64,000 bases of DNA from Lobosporangium transversale (Eukaryota), in the NCBI RefSeq assembly GCF_002105155.1, contig NW_019029010.1, positions 248,001 to 312,000 on the forward strand, read 5' to 3'. Both the position numbers and the translations under genes were made by a program. Shown here one piece after another: positions 60,029 to 64,000 of the stretch (within the stretch, counting starts at the first letter, position 1; each line of letters begins with the position of its first letter). Under the pieces are notes generated by a model, which ran no database searches, was not told where the DNA came from, and saw only the letters and a program-made list of their open reading frames with translations.

Positions 60029-61259
60029 GTAGAGCTTATTAGTTACTCAGACATTGTCAAAAGTGACTATAGTAAGATAGAACTACCTTAGTATGAAAAC
60101 AGAAATAGGAAAGTCAGCATCTGACAAAGCCCTGCTAGGCGAGGTCAGATTACCAAGTACCTCTGACGCGCATGCTAAGTAGAAATTCTAACAATGGCGC
60201 GAAACTCTACACAGTGTTGGAATCATAAAGAGAAAAAAAACTGATGCAGAGTAATCTCTTTAGGAGCTTCACTTGGAATGCACTCTAACGCTGCCGTCAA
60301 AGGACACATAGCTTTTGTCTTAAATGTATGAACTCAGCTGAGCCAAAATTCCAGACAGAGTAACCCTATGCACTATCCAACAGTCACTGCTAATGAGTGT
60401 CGAAATGTCTGGCACCTCCAACGGCATGCTGTGCAGAGCTACTAGCAATAACGAAAACTCCGCACAGAGTTAGGACCCATAAAAAATACTGTATAACGGA
60501 GTAATTTTAGGGACTTCAGAAAGCACTCCAACGCTGGCGTTGATCGGACACGCAATGTCGTCAGTGATGTACGATACTTTATATGACATGGAGTGCTTCA
60601 ATGACCAAATGAGAAGGGTAATAATCACGAAAAAAAAAAAAAAAAAAAAAAAAAGATGAAAGATGAAAGATGCTTTAATTACAATCAATCAATTAATTAG
60701 AAAAGAAACGTAATCGCCTGGGAGACAGCATTGTTATCTGAAAAAGGAGGAGCAAGTTCAATTAATCGTTTGAAATGTGGATGATGGAAGTAATGATTAA
60801 ATTTTAGCTGGGTGAGTGACTTAAGTTTCTGTAGCCATTCGTGTACGTCCCTTATTTGCCACTCTTTTCTTTTCTATCTTTCTTTTTAGATCCGAGTGTG
60901 TATTTTAAGTTAATAATGCTCCTGTATGTTAAGTATTTTTTTTTTTTTTTTTTTTTTTTTTTCATTCCTAATATATTAAAAGAATATACGTAGCGTAATA
61001 GACACTCTGCCTAGAATGGGGTTCTATTTCAATGCGTGGGCCAAGAATCTTGGAAGGTGAGAGATGATCATCTCTTTTTTTTATTGTCTGCCCATACTTT
61101 TTATAATCTTTATAGAATGTAACTTGCTATAAATTTCTATAGGACACTACTTTTCTATATTTCTAAAGCACGACACTTTGTAACATCAGTCTAATACACG
61201 TATTTTCTAACCATTAGTAATGACTTCACTTTAGTTGTATCCTCAATAATGATTAAGGC

Positions 61260-61790
61260 TGAAGAAGAGATTGGACTAAGGCGAACATATCCTTTGCAAG
61301 AAGAATGACTCCTTCTTTTCAACTCTCGCCTTCTCATACTGAACCACTATCCGTCGGTTGCAGGCTGTAGGCAAACATTCTCAAGTACAAGCTGGGCTCT
61401 GTTACAGGGTTGTCCGCATATGTTTGTTGATGTCTTCGCCGAGCTATTTCATACACTCTTTATCAATCTTGAAAAGCTCCCCTATACGGAGCTTAATTTG
61501 ACATCTTTGATCCAGGAAGAATTTGGACAGACTCGTTCCAAGCTCATTCAACTTGGATATCCAAATTCCATTTCTTCAAGGTAACTCCGAATGGTAATAG
61601 ATGAAGCTCAAATCCTAGGAGATCAAGGGGATGGCTAGTTTGCATCGCTGTTCTCAGACCCAAGCCCTCATCCACTACTTTCGCCTGTACTCCATGCTGC
61701 AAGAAGAGTTAGAGAGTGAAGTTAATTTACAATTGTATATGTGGGACAGGACTCAGTATACGAACTCTTCACTAGGCCATAGCGAGGTAT
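61260..61790 (+). pseudogene. Relic of a CRN-associated P-loop NTPase gene
   Basis: MVIDEAQILGD...*...PLLSPVL...CGTGLS, the same motif order as 2410-2676, with several stops. Confidence 0.65.
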
Positions 61791-61832
61791 CTCACATATT
61801 TGCTAGTCCCACTCTATCATAACCACAATATT

Positions 61833-61868
<36 letters not shown>

Positions 61869-62761
61869 GCGGAGACGGCATCAAGGAGTATGGATCCGAA
61901 ATGTTCCCTCATGTAAGCAGCACTTTCTCTATACAAATGTTACAATCCAACATCAAAGCCGCTTCTTCCTATATCTCACACACCATCCTTTCTTGTCATT
62001 GATGAACTTTCATGTCAACGTTGTAGCTTATTCCAAATCCACTTATCTTTTATACATGGCCGAGGCTACAAACCGTTTCTGGTGGTCCAGGTTCAATAAT
62101 GGCGGTCTAATAAGAGACGATGGCGGTCATATGAAAAATAATGACCATGTAAAACATAGCGGCTGGACAAAAAATATGGCGACCGTATAAAGCACAGTTG
62201 TTACTAGACAGAAAGCAATGGTGATCTAATCAAAACGACGGCGACCGTGTTAAACGGGGAAGTGACTAGACAAAAAGTGCTATATCGTACTGCGGCTTTT
62301 TTTTTAAGACTTTCCCATCAGTCCTCTCAAATTTCAGGGCATTTCTTTGCCGCTTCCATTTAAAAATACAACCTACAACTAGAATATGTTCGTGACCAAA
62401 TGACGAGGACAATACTTTTACATATTTAAATGCTTGCTTGCATTTTAAATAGACTTATGTTGGCACTCCAAATCTCTATTATATAAGTACCAACGACGGC
62501 AGTAAAAGCTTATGGAACATTGTTACTGTGCCTTTCGCCGTTTGTGCAGTAATAGCTACTTACCAATAATGCCTGGGGTAGAAGGAAAATCTTTCTCCCA
62601 TGATTCTGAGTATCCTTGTAACCACAACAACAACAATGATAATGATGATAATAATATACACCTGGAGATCAAGTTGGCATGAATAATAACAGGCAATAGC
62701 AGCTTTGAGTAGTGACACTAAAGGTTGTCAAATACAAAAAGAAAAAAAAATTGAGGGCTAC

Positions 62762-62801
<40 letters not shown>

Positions 62802-63649
62802 TCAAACGGTACTGACATTAAAGAGGACAACGAGTCGAACGTTGGCCGGCGGGGGAGTGCGGAATGGATGGCGCTGTCCGTAATGAAAAAACTCTTTAGT
62901 GGAGTAAAAAGAGCATAGATCCATTGCCATAAAAAATCTTATAGCGCAAGCTCCAACCCAGCAAAGGTCTATCTTACGTAGCGACTGGTGCCTCTAACAT
63001 AGGGGTTAGTAAGGCCTTATATCAGTCACTAGACGACACCAAAGATCAGCTGAAAATAATAGGCCACATTCCTGAGTAGTGTTTAAGAGTAATCCTTCTT
63101 GCTTTTTAGGGTGACGCATGATGCTTCCTTCCATTCAGCGCTCCGGAGTATCTTGAAGCAGGGGTGTGAATGGTGGATATGCCTCTTTGTTCAAATGCCT
63201 TAGTAATTTTATGTTCTTTTACATTATATTGTGTATTGTTCTACAATTTGTACATGTACACTTGAGTGCGTTCTAACGATGTTGCGTTTATTCTCGATTC
63301 CCATTTACGTTTTTACTCCCTTTGTATTGGTTTGTGGAGGAAAGCACAATACTTCAAGGAAGAGTGACATTTCAAGACTTGGATGTTGCGCAGCACGCAA
63401 GATCACAGATTTACGCCGCATTTATGAGGGGTGTGGTTGATAAAGCCGCCCTGGCCATCCTAGCAGATGATCCGGTCTCCCTTGTAAGCTTTACTAGGTA
63501 CGAGTGGCGCGAGGGATCAACATGGTTATCAGTCTTAAACGCCAATCGATAAAATCAATCACAAAAAAAAAAAAAAAAAAAAAAAAAAAACACGGCGTGT
63601 TCATTACAATGGCAAATAAAACATTTTAGGGAACAGCTCCAGGGATACG

Positions 63650-63657
63650 TATAAATA
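63650..63657 (+). promoter_or_regulatory. Putative TATA box
   Basis: TATAAATA about 85 bp upstream of ATG 63738, followed by a pyrimidine-rich leader. Confidence 0.55.
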
Positions 63658-63737
63658 CTCGAGGATATCCATTCCCTCTTACTTCCCAAATCTTCCACGC
63701 GTATTCTTCCTGCTTAACAGCTTAACCTCTACTAGCC

Positions 63738-63875
63738 ATGCTGCTATTAAAAACATTTTCACTCTCCTTGTTAGCGCTTTCAGCTGTGTATGCTGAAGCT
63801 CAAGCAATCTCAGGCTACCCTCCTATTGATCAGGTCCCAGACATCAACTCACCCGAGGTTCAGGCGTGGTTAAAG
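63738..63875 (+). CDS. First exon of a secreted protein, probably a chitin deacetylase (CE4); continues beyond the window
   Basis: Signal-peptide-like N-terminus, then YPPIDQVPDINSPEVQAWLK, which I recall from N-termini of Mucoromycota chitin deacetylases. GTAAGA donor at 63876. The catalytic domain is not in the window. Confidence 0.6.
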
Positions 63876-64000
63876 GTAAGAATTACATATAAATTTTTTT
63901 GGAGTGTTCTATTTCAATTCAGTCGAGCTTGAAAAAATATGACAAAACTTTTATTTCAGTACCTGGTTGGTTCCTCAGCCAACAAAAAAAAAAAAAAAAA

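Overview
Eukaryotic DNA, most likely from an early-diverging fungus (Mortierellaceae/Mucoromycota-like). This is inferred from short GT-AG introns, Crinkler genes, fungal-type LSU rRNA fragments and a chitin-deacetylase-like N-terminus. Almost the whole window is an accessory, transposon-dense island. Mobile elements with defined ends are two Helitrons, a DIRS1-type retrotransposon (ITRs plus ICR, inserted in an intron), a Sailor-like DD87E IS630-Tc1-mariner element, a dead Tc1 element and a hAT-type MITE. Among them are two intact, tandem, divergent Crypton-type tyrosine recombinase (YR) genes, Crinkler (CRN) and PD-(D/E)xK restriction-endonuclease-fold genes or pseudogenes, several foldback palindromes and three orphan 3' fragments of the LSU (25S/28S) rRNA gene. 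The best candidate for an undescribed system is the dual-YR module next to CRN/REase genes, inside a ~25 kb block bracketed by inverted LSU fragments. It may be a large cargo-carrying YR element, but its ends cannot be proven from this window. An ordinary-looking host gene starts only at ~63.7 kb. All family assignments rest on motif recognition by eye; no searches were run.
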